A stretch of 60,848 bases of DNA, filler included, from Basidiobolus ranarum (taxonomy: Eukaryota): NCBI GenBank assembly GCA_040143965.1. It is 13 parts of 13 records of this genome, joined end to end, with 100 filler letters (N's around TTAATTAATTAA, not from the genome) between each part and the next. Parts side by side here need not be neighbours in the genome. Positions count along the whole stretch, not along the records: positions 23,488 to 28,079 come from JASJQH010001901.1; positions 28,180 to 32,769 come from JASJQH010001902.1; positions 32,870 to 37,455 come from JASJQH010001903.1; 10 more parts are not named here. The stretch is one strand, 5' to 3'. This document shows, piece after piece, positions 23,502-37,455 of the stretch. Each line of letters starts with the position of its first letter. The stretch's first letter is position 1. A model generated the notes under the pieces. That model worked only from the letters and a program-made list of their open reading frames with translations, made no database searches and was not told the origin of the DNA. A program made the translations under genes and the position numbers.

Positions 23502-23915
23502 TTACTTTGTCGTGGTTTTTTTACTACATTTGCTCCAAACGCCAAATTTTTTCTGGCAACCTCCTGTACAGTGGTCGGATGAGTAACCACACCAACCCCA
23601 TTCACTACAGCACAATCCTGGTGTGCATGAACCGAACCCGGAACCGCATTTCTCATTAAGCTGCTTCCAAGGAGTTGGAGTTGCGGCGGCTTTTGTGGTG
23701 GTTGTCTTTGAAGCTATACCACAGGTACCGAATTTCTTTTGGCAGCCTGTAGAGCAGTAAGCGGAAGTTGAACCACAGTATCCCCATGAACTGCAGCATA
23801 AACCTGGTGCACAAGTACCATACTTGGAGCCACATCGGTTGTAGCTGTATTTCGAGGCACCCTCGATGGATATTGCAGCTAATACAATAATAAGCAGAGA
23901 AAGGAACGATTTCAT
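23502..23915 (-). CDS. Small secreted protein with two hevein/CBM18 chitin-binding domains; 3' end uncertain
   Basis: MKSFLSLLIIVLAAISIEG signal peptide; CGSKYGTCAPGLCCSSWGYCGSTSAYCSTGC and CGSGFGSCTPGLCCSEWGWCGYSSDHCTGGC separated by a Thr-rich linker. Confidence 0.9.
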   Translation of the reverse strand: MKSFLSLLIIVLAAISIEGASKYSYNRCGSKYGTCAPGLCCSSWGYCGSTSAYCSTGCQKKFGTCGIASKTTTTKAAATPTPWKQLNEKCGSGFGSCTPGLCCSEWGWCGYSSDHCTGGCQKKFGVWSKCSKKTTTK

Positions 23916-26775
23916 GATCAAGAGTGAGATACCCGAGAAATCTGAGAAAGTATTAGTGGGATATCATGACTTATAAAGATGATGCTTTCGGACAGTGAAG
24001 ATCGAACACTCCGATTCCAAGAACTGGTTACTTGCCTGACGATAACTCGTTGCTGTAAGCATACTAGAAACTAAATGGAAGTGATACTTGGGGTAACGTA
24101 ACGGTAATACTGCATAAGCCAACGCTAATGCGAGTCGCCCACTAACACGAGGTACAAAATTCGTGATACTCGCCCGAAGAACAATTCTACCCTGAACGTG
24201 AGTAGAAAGATTACCTATCTTACTGAATCTCATTCACACAAGCGAGGTAAAGTGAGTATCCCATATTGGCTGGTTCCCTCTTCATTACTTTGATTGATAT
24301 CAAGTGGCTGGCCGGTTTATCAGGTGTGGTTTCACTTGAGTCGAGTTAAATGCACTGGTTGCCAGTAATATAGATTCATCGAGATCGTGTTCGGATTTAT
24401 TGTGCTCACAGATCTATATGGAGTAAGGTCGGACAAGAGGCTATCTTTATTTAGGTTTTCTGATCCAAATCGCGCCAAGTTAGTAATGGATGTAACCGAG
24501 GTGATTATTTAGGCATATTGCGGAGTAAATATTAAAAGATCACTACTTCATATTTTTTAGGCCCACCGAGCCCTTCACTAAAAAATAATACTCAAGAAAG
24601 TAAAGTCGGCAACCAAAATGCAGATTACGAATTATAGGTGTCAAAATATGTACAGAAGAGTTCCCACCTAATTAGGTATTTAGCCGCACCCCACGTAGTA
24701 GGATTGTTAACAACCAAGATATTGAAGGTGTTCAGAGAAGTTTTATAACGGATCGGCATAAGTAGTCAACTATAACGGACACTTTGAAGGCTGTCATATA
24801 TCTCTGGATAAGGAGAGAAGCAAGTGTCTTAGAAAAGTAATGCGGTGAGCATTCAGGCTCACGGCCAGAATTGAAGCAAACAACAGCAGTTCGTATAGCG
24901 TTCATCAATCTACTTTTCATGATTGCTCATTTTTTCAGTGGTCATACGAGCTATAAATAAACGACAATTACCAGCTCAAGGTAAGCTACACAAGAGATAT
25001 CCAGCCTTTGCTGAGCATCAGTTCCAATTACTACTCGAAATGAGCCACTGTGCCTGGTGAGACCCGAAATTGTTCGAACAAGGTATTGCAAACGAGTGAG
25101 AGACAGAGAGAGATAGGGATTCTGAACTATTCACTGATTCAGATGATTACTTGAGCATCGGCAATCTACATCGTCTCAAAAGGGTTAGGTTAATATCTAC
25201 AAGTGTGCAGCCCCCAATCGAATTACACAAATACTATACATATTATATGGCTTTCTCATCCCCAGATCCGAAGTCTGATTCCTTATCCATTAGGCCAACC
25301 CCCCAACTGCGATCTTCGTGACTGAGATTAGTGTTATCCACTATTGGGAGTCTTGTTTTCAGTTCTGCATACCTGAACGCATTCTACTCTTGAGTAGGAT
25401 GTGAGTTTGAAGGTTAATCTAATACTGTAACTTCGACTTCTAACTTGCTACAACTCCTATCCAGTAGACAGTCCTCCAAATTTCGAAACGAATTATGCTA
25501 TCAAGAAACAAAAATTGCTAATTAATAAGATACTAGGGCTTTATAATTATGTGATGGATTTACATTGAGAATGATCCTAGAGGGCCAAATACAAAACTTA
25601 ATGATAACAGTGTTTGTAGTAGTTTTTGAAAACAGATTGATAATGTTTTATATATTCACCTCATATCTCATATAGATTATACTATTTACCAAGGTAATGC
25701 ATTCATTGATTTACACCATTCGCCTCATAAAATACCAAGAAAAAACGGATGATGTACTTGGGTAATAAATAAACAATCTCTTGGCACTTATTCCTCATAC
25801 CTTTCAGTTGTGTTATTGCTCAAAGAATTGTCATGAACTAATTACTGGAATACGCAAGAATGGCCCACATGAGTGATTAGTTTTTCAATAGCATGGTAGG
25901 AAGGAATATATCTTTCTGATAGTTTGAGGTAATATTATATCCACTTTATTTTTATATTAAGTACAACTTCTATATTTACAGCTGCCGTACACTTATATCC
26001 AATGACATGTCCAATTACTCTCTCAATCATTCGCACTGTTGGATTCGGTTTGAAACTGGCGAGTCAGTACAATTGGGTTTCCGACGGGCTTCTATGTATT
26101 CATTGGATTTTTAACAATCAACATGACATAGTTTTTCTCAAGTGAAAGCAATATCAAGTGCTACCATACGATAACCTGAGTAGATTATCTAAATACAGAG
26201 AAAATTGGAATTCACTTCCATACGTGAAATAAATATCGTACCCAGAACTGAAACAAGGACTTGGCGAAATAAATGGCGCAGATGGAAACTTATAAATGAC
26301 TGCTTACGTAAGATTCGTAGTAAAATATGTTGATAAATCACATCTGACTCCATCACAATCTATTGAATCGGGATCACTCTTCCTGGCAACACTGATCCAG
26401 ATACAGGTAAATACAACACAATCATTTTCACATATCAGGTCTAAGCAATCAACCTGCTCGATAAGGTTACCTTATTATCAGATACGAATCTCTCAGATCT
26501 TTGAATGCAGCGATTAGTCCTCACTTGATGCATTTATTCGTTACCTAGAGGTTTCAAATGTGCGTACTAAGAAATATGTTGTGGGATTGATCGTTCCACT
26601 GGATTCAGAGACCAGCGATATTATATCTAGCTTTACCTTTTAGGTAAAATCATTGAATATACTCCAGCACCAACCGAAGTTGCCTTGAAACCAGTTCAAT
26701 GATAGAATCTTTATTGAAATAAATTAGACTTCTATGAAGTGATCATTAAATTAGCTACGTCTTTGTTAAAGGCAT

Positions 26776-28079
<1,304 letters not shown>

Positions 28080-28179
28080 NNNNNNNNNNNNNNNNNNNNN
28101 NNNNNNNNNNNNNNNNNNNNNNNTTAATTAATTAANNNNNNNNNNNNNNNNNNNNNNNNNNNNNNNNNNNNNNNNNNNN

Positions 28180-28905
28180 TAAGTTAAAGAATTGTCTTCT
28201 TAGAAACATCTTGTTGGCAGCAGAACTTGTTTGTTAGGTGTCTTCCAAGGCTTTCCATACCTTCTTGGCAGTTTTAGCTCTTGAACATTGCATTAGCAAT
28301 TTGTCTTTAACATGAAGACAAATTGCATTAAAGGCACTTTGTTTTATTTTAACCTGCAGTAAAACCTGGATTTCATATAGTTTTGCATTGTTTTCTTCTC
28401 CTACAACAGTGTCTCAAAGTCCTTTTTCTTGCAGCAGCATTTTCATTTTAACTTTCCAAACATGATGAATGGTTCCATCCAATTTTTCAGAAGAAGGAAA
28501 AATTCCATGTATTTGAGAAGTAGACATTACAGAGAGTGCAAGCTTGGGGCTCATAACCTGGTAAAGTATTTAGGAGCCTGTTGGAAGTGGTTTGGAGAAT
28601 TAGAGAAATTAGTGATTTTCACTTATTGATTTATTGTGTAGAAAGTTAACATTTATAGTTTTTCAAGATGAAAACAAACTAACATGTAGAATGTGTTTAG
28701 GAAGGTCCCAGAAAGTTGTGTGCAAAGTTTGGGGATTCTAGCACAAGTTTGAAAAATCTACATATCTGAGAACTTCTCAGTTGGTAAAAATATTCCAAGT
28801 AAATCCCAATTGAGAATAATTGATAATATCTTAGTGAGTTATAAGATAACTAAGTATTAAGTTATATATGACTATATAGGTGTTTAAGCAATGCTAATTT
28901 CAACA
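28180..28905 (-). mobile_element. Copia family A 5' end: LTR (28905-28559), PBS and decayed gag
   Basis: LTR followed by GGTTATGAGCCCC, then MSTSQIHGIFPSSEKLDG... Confidence 0.9.
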
Positions 28906-31394
28906 AAAACCACCAATTCCTTTAATTCTCCAAACCACTTCCAATAGGCTCCCAAATCCTTTAAAAGGTTATGAGCCCCAAGCTTGCACTCTCTGTAATG
29001 TCTACTTCTCAAATTTATGGAACTTTTCCCTTTTCTAAAAAATTGGATGGAACCAATTATCAAGTTTGGAAAGTTAAAATGATAATGCTTCTGCACAAAA
29101 AGGACTTTGGGACCCTGTTGTGGGAGAAGAAAACAATGCAAACTATATGAAACCACAGTTTTACTCCAGGTTAAAATCAAACAAAGTGCCTTTAACACAA
29201 TTTGTCTTAATGTTAAGGACAAATTGCTAATTCAATGTTCAGGAGCTAAAACTGCCAAGAAGATATGGAAAGACTTGGAAGACACCTACCAAACAAGTTC
29301 TGCTTCCAACAAGATGTTTCAAAGAAGACAATTCTTTGACTTAAAGATGAAGCCAGGAGAAGACATCAAATCACAATATAATAGAGTCACTATTCTAGTG
29401 GATGAAATGGCATGGATTGGAGTACCTACTACTGATCAAGATATTGTAGTTACAGTACTGAATAGCCTGTCACACAAGTTTCAGAGCCTAGTAATGTATC
29501 TAGAATCATGAACTGATAATTTGACCTTAAATCATTTATTTGGCAGACTGCTGGATGAAAATTTTCACAAATCAGGATCTAACCATAAGAATGAAGAATA
29601 CTTTTTATAGGCTATGGGAAGCCTTCATATAAAGGTCAAAAGCACTTTAAGAAGAAAAGTAACACATTCTGTAAATTACTGTAAAAGAACTGGCCATTTA
29701 AGCAAAGACTGCTCTAAAAGAATTGCAGAAGAAAACATATTGAATCTGGCAATGTGGTTACAACAGATGATCACTTGTTCATATCTGCTCTATCAATGAA
29801 TACCAACAAGGATTCTCAGACGTGGTATATTGATTCTGAAGCTTCCCAACATTTCACAAATGAACAACATTAGTTTGTGGATTTATGAAGAAATCCCAAT
29901 TAGAAAGGTTTTCATGGGAGATGACCACACATTGGATGCTATTGGAATGGGACCAATTCAAGTCAATTTAACTGGAGCTTTTGAAGAGAAAGTGTATACT
30001 TTTAAGAATGTACTACATGTTCTATAAATTGCCAAGAATTTAATATCTGCATGCAAGGCCACCTCAGAAGGGCAAAAATTCAACTTTGATAAGTTGGGAT
30101 GCACCATCACTGAACAAAATGGGAATTATTTAGCTTTGGGAGAAAAGGGTCACAACTTATACAAACTTACAGATTGTCCAAGAGGTTTATGTGTAAATAT
30201 AAGTTATTTCAACACAGAAACTATACAATTATGGCATGAGAGATTTGGCCACATTGGATTTGATTATTAGAGCAAAATGATCAAAAATTTCCTAATTTCT
30301 GGAATTCAAATTAACCCCCCAACCAAAATGAGAATTTGTAAGGGTTGTATATAGGGAAAACAAGCCAGGTAACCATTCAAGAGCTCTGGTTTAATCCAAT
30401 CTGTCAAAAAATTGAATTTAATTCATTCAGATTTGTGTGGACCTATGCAAAATTTATCTTTAGGTGGAAAAAGATATTTAATCACATTTATTGATGATTA
30501 TTCAAGATACACTTGGGTCTACTTTATGGAAAGAGAAGAAAAAGCTCTCTGTATCTTTAGAGATTTTAAAACACTTGTGGAGACTGAAATTGGAACTAAA
30601 ATCAAAAAAATACATACTGATAATGGTGGAGAATATACTTCAACACTATTTAAGCACTTTTGCAAAGTTTATGGAATTAAGCAAGAAACTACTGCCCTCT
30701 ATTCACCACAACAAAATAGAGTTGCTGAAAGAGCTAACCGGAGTATAATAGAAATGGCAAGATCTAAGATAAATGCACAAAATTTATCTCATAACTTTTG
30801 GGTTGAATCTGTTGCTACAGCTGTATAACTGAAGTATAGGAGTTTTACTAGAAGTGTGTCTAACTCTACACCATATAAGGCTTGGTTTGGAGTTAAACCT
30901 GATGAAAACATATGAGGATCTTTGGATGCATTGCTTATGTCAAAATTATGACCAAAAATTGGTCTAAATTTGATCCAAAAAGTAAAAAACACATAATTCT
31001 AGTTTATTGTACTCACATTCAGGCCTACAGACTCTATCTTACCAAGATTTCCAAGTTAATCAAGTCCAGGGATGTTATATTTAATCGTAATAAGAATATT
31101 TACCCAAAATGACCACAGATGATGACAAAAAACAATTTCCTCCTGATCCAATCATCAAAATTGATTCAAATCAAAACAATGAAGAAAATAGCATTCCTGT
31201 AAACCCTTCTACCAATGCTTTGCCTACTGAAGTGCCCAATTCAATGCCAGAAGTTGTAGTACCTTTATCCCAAGCCAGGAGATCAAATTACATGAAAAAT
31301 AGCCCTGATTAATATAGCAATCAGTCCCAAAATTGGGACTATGCCTGCACAGCTCAAATGCATGAGCCCCAGACTGTAAAAGAGGCCTTGAATG
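28906..31394 (+). mobile_element. Degenerate Copia family A element: LTR 3' end, PBS (28967-28978), gag, protease, integrase
   Basis: Gag from ATG 28998; CCHC knuckle remnant (YCKRTGHLSKDC); protease WYIDSEASQHFT; LWHERFGH; integrase IHSDLCGP..FIDDYSR..TDNGGEY..PQQNRVAER; ends at HEPQTVKEAL. Many stops and frameshifts. Confidence 0.95.
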
Positions 31395-31742
31395 TGTTGA
31401 AATTTGCATTGCCTAAGCACCAATATAGTCATATATATCTTAGTACTTAGTTATCTTATAATTCAACAAGATATTATCCATTATTCTCAATTGGAATTTA
31501 CTTGGAATATTTTTACCAACTTAAAAGTTCTCTGGTATATAGATTTTTCAAACTTATGCTAGAAGCCCCAAACTTTACACACATGTTCCTGGGACCTTCC
31601 TTAACATATTCTACATGCTAGTTTGTATACATCTTGACAAAACTATAAATATCAGCTGTCTACTCAATAAATCAATAAGTGAAAACCACCAACTCCTCTA
31701 ATTCTCCTAACCACTTCCAACAGGCTCCCAAATATTTTAACA
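31395..31742 (+). mobile_element. Copia family A LTR between two non-contiguous pol segments (no TSD)
   Basis: TGTTGAAATTTGC...TTTTAACA with flanks GAATG and ATTGG; no PPT before it and no PBS after it. Confidence 0.9.
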
Positions 31743-31910
31743 ATTGGAATGGGAACAATTCAAGTCAATTTAATTGGAGCTTCTGAAGAGAAAGTATATA
31801 CATTTAAGGGAGTACTATATGTTCCAGATATTGCCAAGAATTTAATATCTGTATGCAAGGCTTCCTCAGAATGGCTAAAATTGAATTTTGATAAGTCAGG
31901 AGGCACCAAC
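31743..31910 (+). mobile_element. Copia family A pol (protease-region) fragment
   Basis: IGMGTIQVNLIGASEEKVYTFKGVLYVPDIAKNLISV, homologous to 29941-30110. Confidence 0.85.
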
Positions 31911-32288
31911 TATTGGGAAAATATGGGCTGTTTGGAGGAACTTTAGAAAAGTGGAGTTGTGAATAGCTTTGTGAGATAATTATTTATTGACCAGAAATTA
32001 AGCATTTATACATTTTGGTGGAAATACAGAAAACTAACACTGGGGTTGTGTTCAGAACATCTGTGGGAGTAAAATGAGCTATCTTTGGGGCAATTTGGAC
32101 GAGTTTGAAATTTCCAATATGTAATTGCTAATTCTCACATAATTCACATATATATATAATATATGTTCCGATTTTCAGCTAAGTGATATTTGACTAAGTA
32201 ATGTTAACTAACTTATATGTGATATATGAAATAGTTAGGTGTATAAAGATAGAGATAATAAATATGATAAAGACAATAAACTTCAACA
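31911..32288 (-). mobile_element. Copia LTR family C
   Basis: Reverse complement aligns end to end with 51962-52338 (TGTTGAAG...CAATA). Confidence 0.85.
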
Positions 32289-32339
32289 TATACTTGGGTG
32301 ATTTCATCAAAACTTTTAGATGGGGAATCAATGGTATGT

Positions 32340-32605
32340 AAGCCAAATATGACAAATTAGCATTCAAGTGGTAAATGTGTAAAATTTGAGTTACATTTTT
32401 TGCACATGTGTTGATCCATAGTTCTGTGAGATTTTAGCCAATCATGTGCAACTATTTTGCAAGATCTTGAAAATGTACTCCTGAAAATGAAAAATTGATT
32501 AAAATCAAATCTAACTTGACAACTTTATGATGGTAAGTAAGTGGTCAATCCAAAATGGATTAAAATTGTGATGGTTTTCCTACAATAACAATCCTCAGAT
32601 TTCTG
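32340..32605 (+). repeat. Dispersed repeat D, copy 2
   Basis: Matches 41648-41885 and the reverse complement of 16490-16790. Confidence 0.85.
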
Positions 32606-32609
32606 TCAG

Positions 32610-32769
32610 GAAGAAATCCCAGTTAGAAAGGTTTTCATGGGAGATGACTGCACATTGGATGCTATTGGAATAGGAACAATTCAAGTCAATTTAACTGGAG
32701 CTTCTGAAGAGAAAGTATATAATTTTAAGGAATGACTACATGTTCCAGATATTGCCAAGAATTTAATAT
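32610..32769 (+). mobile_element. Copia family A pol fragment
   Basis: EEIPVRKVFMGDDCTLDAIGIGTIQVNLTGASEEKVY, homologous to 29887-30045. Confidence 0.85.
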
Positions 32770-33480
32770 NNNNNNNNNNNNNNNNNNNNNNNNNNNNNNN
32801 NNNNNNNNNNNNNTTAATTAATTAANNNNNNNNNNNNNNNNNNNNNNNNNNNNNNNNNNNNNNNNNNNNAACTTGACAAATGTGTAACTGGAATGCGCAT
32901 CAGTGTGTTGATTCATGGTGCTTGAATGAAAACAAGTCCTTTCTTTCGGCGGAAAGACAAACCGCCGAGTTAATGTTGCACCACGGCAAGAGAAGGAGAG
33001 CGTGGCGTCTCACTCAAGATATGTATTGTGAGGTGAGAAGTGGATGAGCCTCACATACTATTTCCTTTTTCTTCATCGCAACTCACTCTCCTTGTGATCC
33101 ACCTGATCCCTAGTTTGTTCTCACCAATAGTAATATCACATGTCTGTATTGAATCTGAGATTTGATTATTGCCCAAGAAGGTGGATCAGAAACACTTTCT
33201 TCCCAAGTCATTCGCACCTTCGGATGGATCCGTGATCCAAAAGCATCTTACCCACAATGCATCAATCTTCAAGAGAGTTCACTTCAAAATGATAGCATCA
33301 TGCATGCTTCTCGTCCCACCTCACTCCTAGGTGAGATTTTCAAGTGGAGCTTATTTCATATTCGTTCTCTTATTTGGTCTTCATATTCCAAAGAATTCAA
33401 GGGAAAAGTAGAAGATTCAAGGCTGATTTGTTAGTGACTCTGGTTTAATGCAGTGATGATTGATTTGGAACGTGAAAAGT

Positions 33481-33519
33481 CACTAGCACTAGCACTTGCA
33501 CTTGCACTTGCACTTGCAC
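33481..33519. repeat. Hexanucleotide microsatellite (CACTAG/CACTTG)n
   Basis: CACTAG x2 then CACTTG x4. Confidence 0.9.
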
Positions 33520-35090
33520 ATGGGATCATTTTCACTCCCACCAATCTCAGGGTCCGTGTGGAGTGTGGCAACATCTGGACAATCAGGATCATTTCCATAT
33601 GAGTGTTCGTGTGGATGTTTATTTTGACTGTCATTTCATCGCTCCAAAAGGTTTGTATCTTGATTCGATGCACATTCCATTCATTTCGCTTGCAATTTCT
33701 TTTTCTTTTTCCCTGACACTTCCCCTTCTTTCTTATTCCGGATCACTCTCCCCCTTCAAACCCTCAATATCACCAAACATCTATCATTTCCTCACTGTAT
33801 GGCTCATTACTGACGATGAGCAAGAGGCGAGAGAGAATGAGTCAAGGATGACAAGCAAGCATAGAGATACTTCTAATCACGTGATGTATCTTGGCATATA
33901 CAAGATATAGGCGACTTTTAAGGGATAGAAAGGAAAGAAGATACAGGTGCCGGAACTCGCACTCATACTCGTTTTCATAATCATAGCATGCTGCTATGAA
34001 TAATCATCTAAATAGGAGTAATGAATGTCAAAGTCAAAATCAACGCCCACACCAATGAAAGTTAGCATGAATAAGGTATCCGTTCCCGTTCCTGTCCGTA
34101 GCCATGTGAAAGTAATGGAATACATCGGAGGGAGTCGGGATGCCCGGATAGAGAATGTGTAGGACGAGAGTTAGTGTTCACACTATCTCCATGCTTGATT
34201 TGGGGAACACCCTGGCAGGTAAAGTCTTGGAAAAATGCTCCTGATCGTCTGGTGCTACCAAGAATTTTCATTATTCTGAATTCAATACATTCACTCTACT
34301 CTCATCCTATCACCGCTCATACTTCACCTATGGTGAGGTAGAAGCCAATCATTTGTTCAGTTTCCTGATGGCAATATCTCTTTACATTACTTTTCCGTTC
34401 ATCCACGTAATTCATGTACCTATTGCAGTGATCAAGGATATGCCAAGTATTTGAATAATGTGGTGATGATTGTGATTGTGATTGAAATTATAGTTAGGGT
34501 AGTGACAGTGGCAGCAGCAATGATAACGATAACAGTATTTAGTGCAGTAATAGTGAAAATGATAGAAATGACCTCGAGTGAGTTGCTGATATTGAGTTTC
34601 GAATGTAGCCAATACTTACATCAGGATTGATGATGATTTCACCATTGACTAAAGGCTCTCCGATAGTGAATCCTCCTCATATCGTGCTCAGATAATGGAA
34701 TTCCTTTGGGTCGGAGGATTGATAGAGATGCAGTGAAGGAGTGGGTGATGAAGGAGGACCAGGTATAGATGTTGCTTCCGTGATTTCAACTAGTACTGAT
34801 TCCTGATTACCGCCTCCACTCAGTGAAGGAAGGGGAGAGAACGGGTTTGCTAACTGTGGATACATCGAAATATATAAATATGAGTGATTTGGTGAGGATC
34901 TCTTCATCCACATTCTCTTGAGGTGAAGCCTTTGCTACAGTTAACCAACTGGAAGTTCCTTCCATAAGCTCCATTACGTAAAACATTTTGAGTTCTCAGT
35001 CATAATAACGCGAGCTAAAGCAAGTGCAATTCTTGAACGTTGCTACCATTAATCCACCGCAAATCAATCCAAGAAGAAATTGATCCAAAG

Positions 35091-35252
35091 ATGTATATAA
35101 CCCAAGCATTTCGCAGTACTATTACCCGCGCGGCAATGAATGGCCCCAAACTCGGAGTCTTTGGGGCTGGACTTGCTTGTGCAGCCTGGTATGGGAGTAA
35201 AGTAATTCGCGGCGAGGAGGTGATCTATTTTAATTTCACAGCAAAGGCTTAG
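35091..35252 (+). CDS. Candidate 53-aa single-TM micropeptide
   Basis: MYITQAFRSTITRAAMNGPKLGVFGAGLACAAWYGSKVIRGEEVIYFNFTAKA*; GC- and CpG-richer than its flanks; AAAGATG start context; no family recognised. Confidence 0.45.
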   Translation: MYITQAFRSTITRAAMNGPKLGVFGAGLACAAWYGSKVIRGEEVIYFNFTAKA

Positions 35253-36399
35253 ATTGGTCTTAACTTCATAGTGAGGGCTGGAGTAGGTAGTTTGCGTGTA
35301 TCTTTGCATATATTGAGGAGTAGTTATATCAAAACCCCCCCATAACTAGCATGTCTTGCTATAATATTTTCTTTCATTCTAAATTCAATTTTATATCTCG
35401 TTGTTAAAGTTCAAATGGATCTGTCCATATTGATGGTGGTATAGTTTTACTCTTCTTTGATACAACAATTAAAAGTAATTATATATAAATGACTGTAGAA
35501 GTTTGAAAACTTTGAAAAAAGGCATTGATTCGTGGTTTGAAATGAAGTCAAATTGGTGAAACTTTCAGAAACATATTACTTACAATGAACTGTCCTACTA
35601 ACTGCTGTTTTAAGAGCTAGATAGTATGTGTGTGCAGTAGACCAAGGTTAAAGTTATGTTGAAGATATATGGCTTTTGTAGTTAAAGACTTGGACCATAC
35701 GTTTAAGATAAAATAAGTTTTCTTACTCAAAGTATTCAATTTGATAGTGTATTTAATTATCTCCATCACTTATCAGTCAGATACAACTTGACAGAAAAAC
35801 AGAAAGTATATTACTTAACATGGATCGTCATCATCGTCTTCAAAATGATAAAACTCTATTTCCGGTTAATTGTATAAATCGCGCAAAAGCACAATTGCTT
35901 CATATTTTCAAGCTCCTCTCAAAATCCTCAAAATCAATCAATACTCTATGAACTCTTATCTGAGACTATTGAGGAAATGAAGATATCTACAATGGATTTA
36001 CACATTCAACCCTTAATTAACCTGATGGTTAAAATAATGTGATCTAGAAGTTTGAATTCAGAATGCCAATTAATGATAGTTATTTTTGAACGGTAGTCAA
36101 TAAAGAAGTTAACAAGCTATAACAGCCTATTACACCAGGTACATATGGAAAGAATAACGAAAGGAACTCAATACTATCTCTCCAAGCATGAAAGATACTC
36201 AGATAGCAACATTCAACAACCAGAAATTTCGAATAAAGCCTGGGCCATTTAAGGAGGAGATTTGATTGCAAAGATGTATGCCAATAGAATATTCTGCTTA
36301 ATAAATTCTTTACTTGAAGATAAAAGCTGCAAAAAATACAATGGCACCAACAAGAACTTTGGTAAGGCTACTAGAAATGTTGAATGTATATTATGGTAA

Positions 36400-36565
36400 T
36401 ATAATAAAAATATTTGAAGTAAATCATAATTGAGAATAGTGAGTAATATCTTAGTTCAATATGGAATAGCTAGATATTAAGCTATATAAGACTATATAGG
36501 TAGAAGTAACACAAAAACAAACACTGAGGTTGTGTTCAGAATGTTTGCGGGAGTAAGGTGAGTAA
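36400..36565 (-). mobile_element. Fused fragments of LTR-A and LTR-C
   Basis: AATTGAGAATAG...GACTATATAGG (family A) followed by GGTTGTGTTCAGAATGTTTGCGGGAGTAAG (family C). Confidence 0.65.
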
Positions 36566-37250
36566 TAAAGTAATATCAATATTCAGAGTATAATATCACA
36601 ACACCATAGCTTTTATGGCAATTATTTACCCATACTATGCCAGTGATGATTTAAAATTACAGATTAGCACTTGTCATATGGATTCGTAACTGCTTTCTAA
36701 ATTTATATGTATTGTCAACAATCAAAGTCCTCCAAATATGGCTCAAAGCCTCTCATATGAAAACCCTAAGTATATGAAACAAGGAATTGCAGAGAGTTTG
36801 ATTGTTACAATGACAGTAACTAGTACAGATATTTACTCTTAAGTGAGGAAAGTTAGCCAATATATGAAGAGTTCAGGACATGACCATTATGTACAAGCAC
36901 CGTATATGTTCAGATATATGGAGATACTATTGATCCAGGATTGAGATGTATATATGCTTCTATATATGAGAATTTGATAAGACATGCTATGGAAGGCTCA
37001 CTCATGAAAAGTTGGGATAATGTACTTGGCAGTTTGTAGACTATTTAGAGTACCCAAGAATGCCCAATACTCAACCACAAAGCTAGTTCTTTTTGTCAAC
37101 GAAACTTCTGCGGCATAATTAATAGTTATTATTCCTCTAACTTTAGCGAGATTGCAGTAAAAATGCTTTGATGTCAATTGTGTATGAAGTTAAAGTGTGT
37201 CAGTCATGGGTGTATACTGTTTAAATGGAATAAAAGTCTAATGCAATAGG

Positions 37251-37455
37251 TGTTGAAATTAGCATTGCCTAAACACCTATATAGTCATATATAGCTTAGT
37301 ACTTGGTTATCTTATAATTCACTAAGATATTATCAATTATTCTAAATCGGAATTTACTTAGAATATTTTTACCAACTTAGAAGTTCTCAGATATATAGAT
37401 TTTTCAAAGAAGCCCCAAACTTTGCACACATGTTCCTGGGACCTTCCTTAACATA
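37251..37455 (+). mobile_element. Copia family A LTR, 5' part (cut by the contig end)
   Basis: TGTTGAAATTAGCATTGCCTAAACACC... continuing to the linker. Confidence 0.9.

Noticed and set aside
33981-33999. Hairpin TCATAGCA-TGC-TGCTATGA
   Set aside because: Short isolated inverted repeat, expected by chance.
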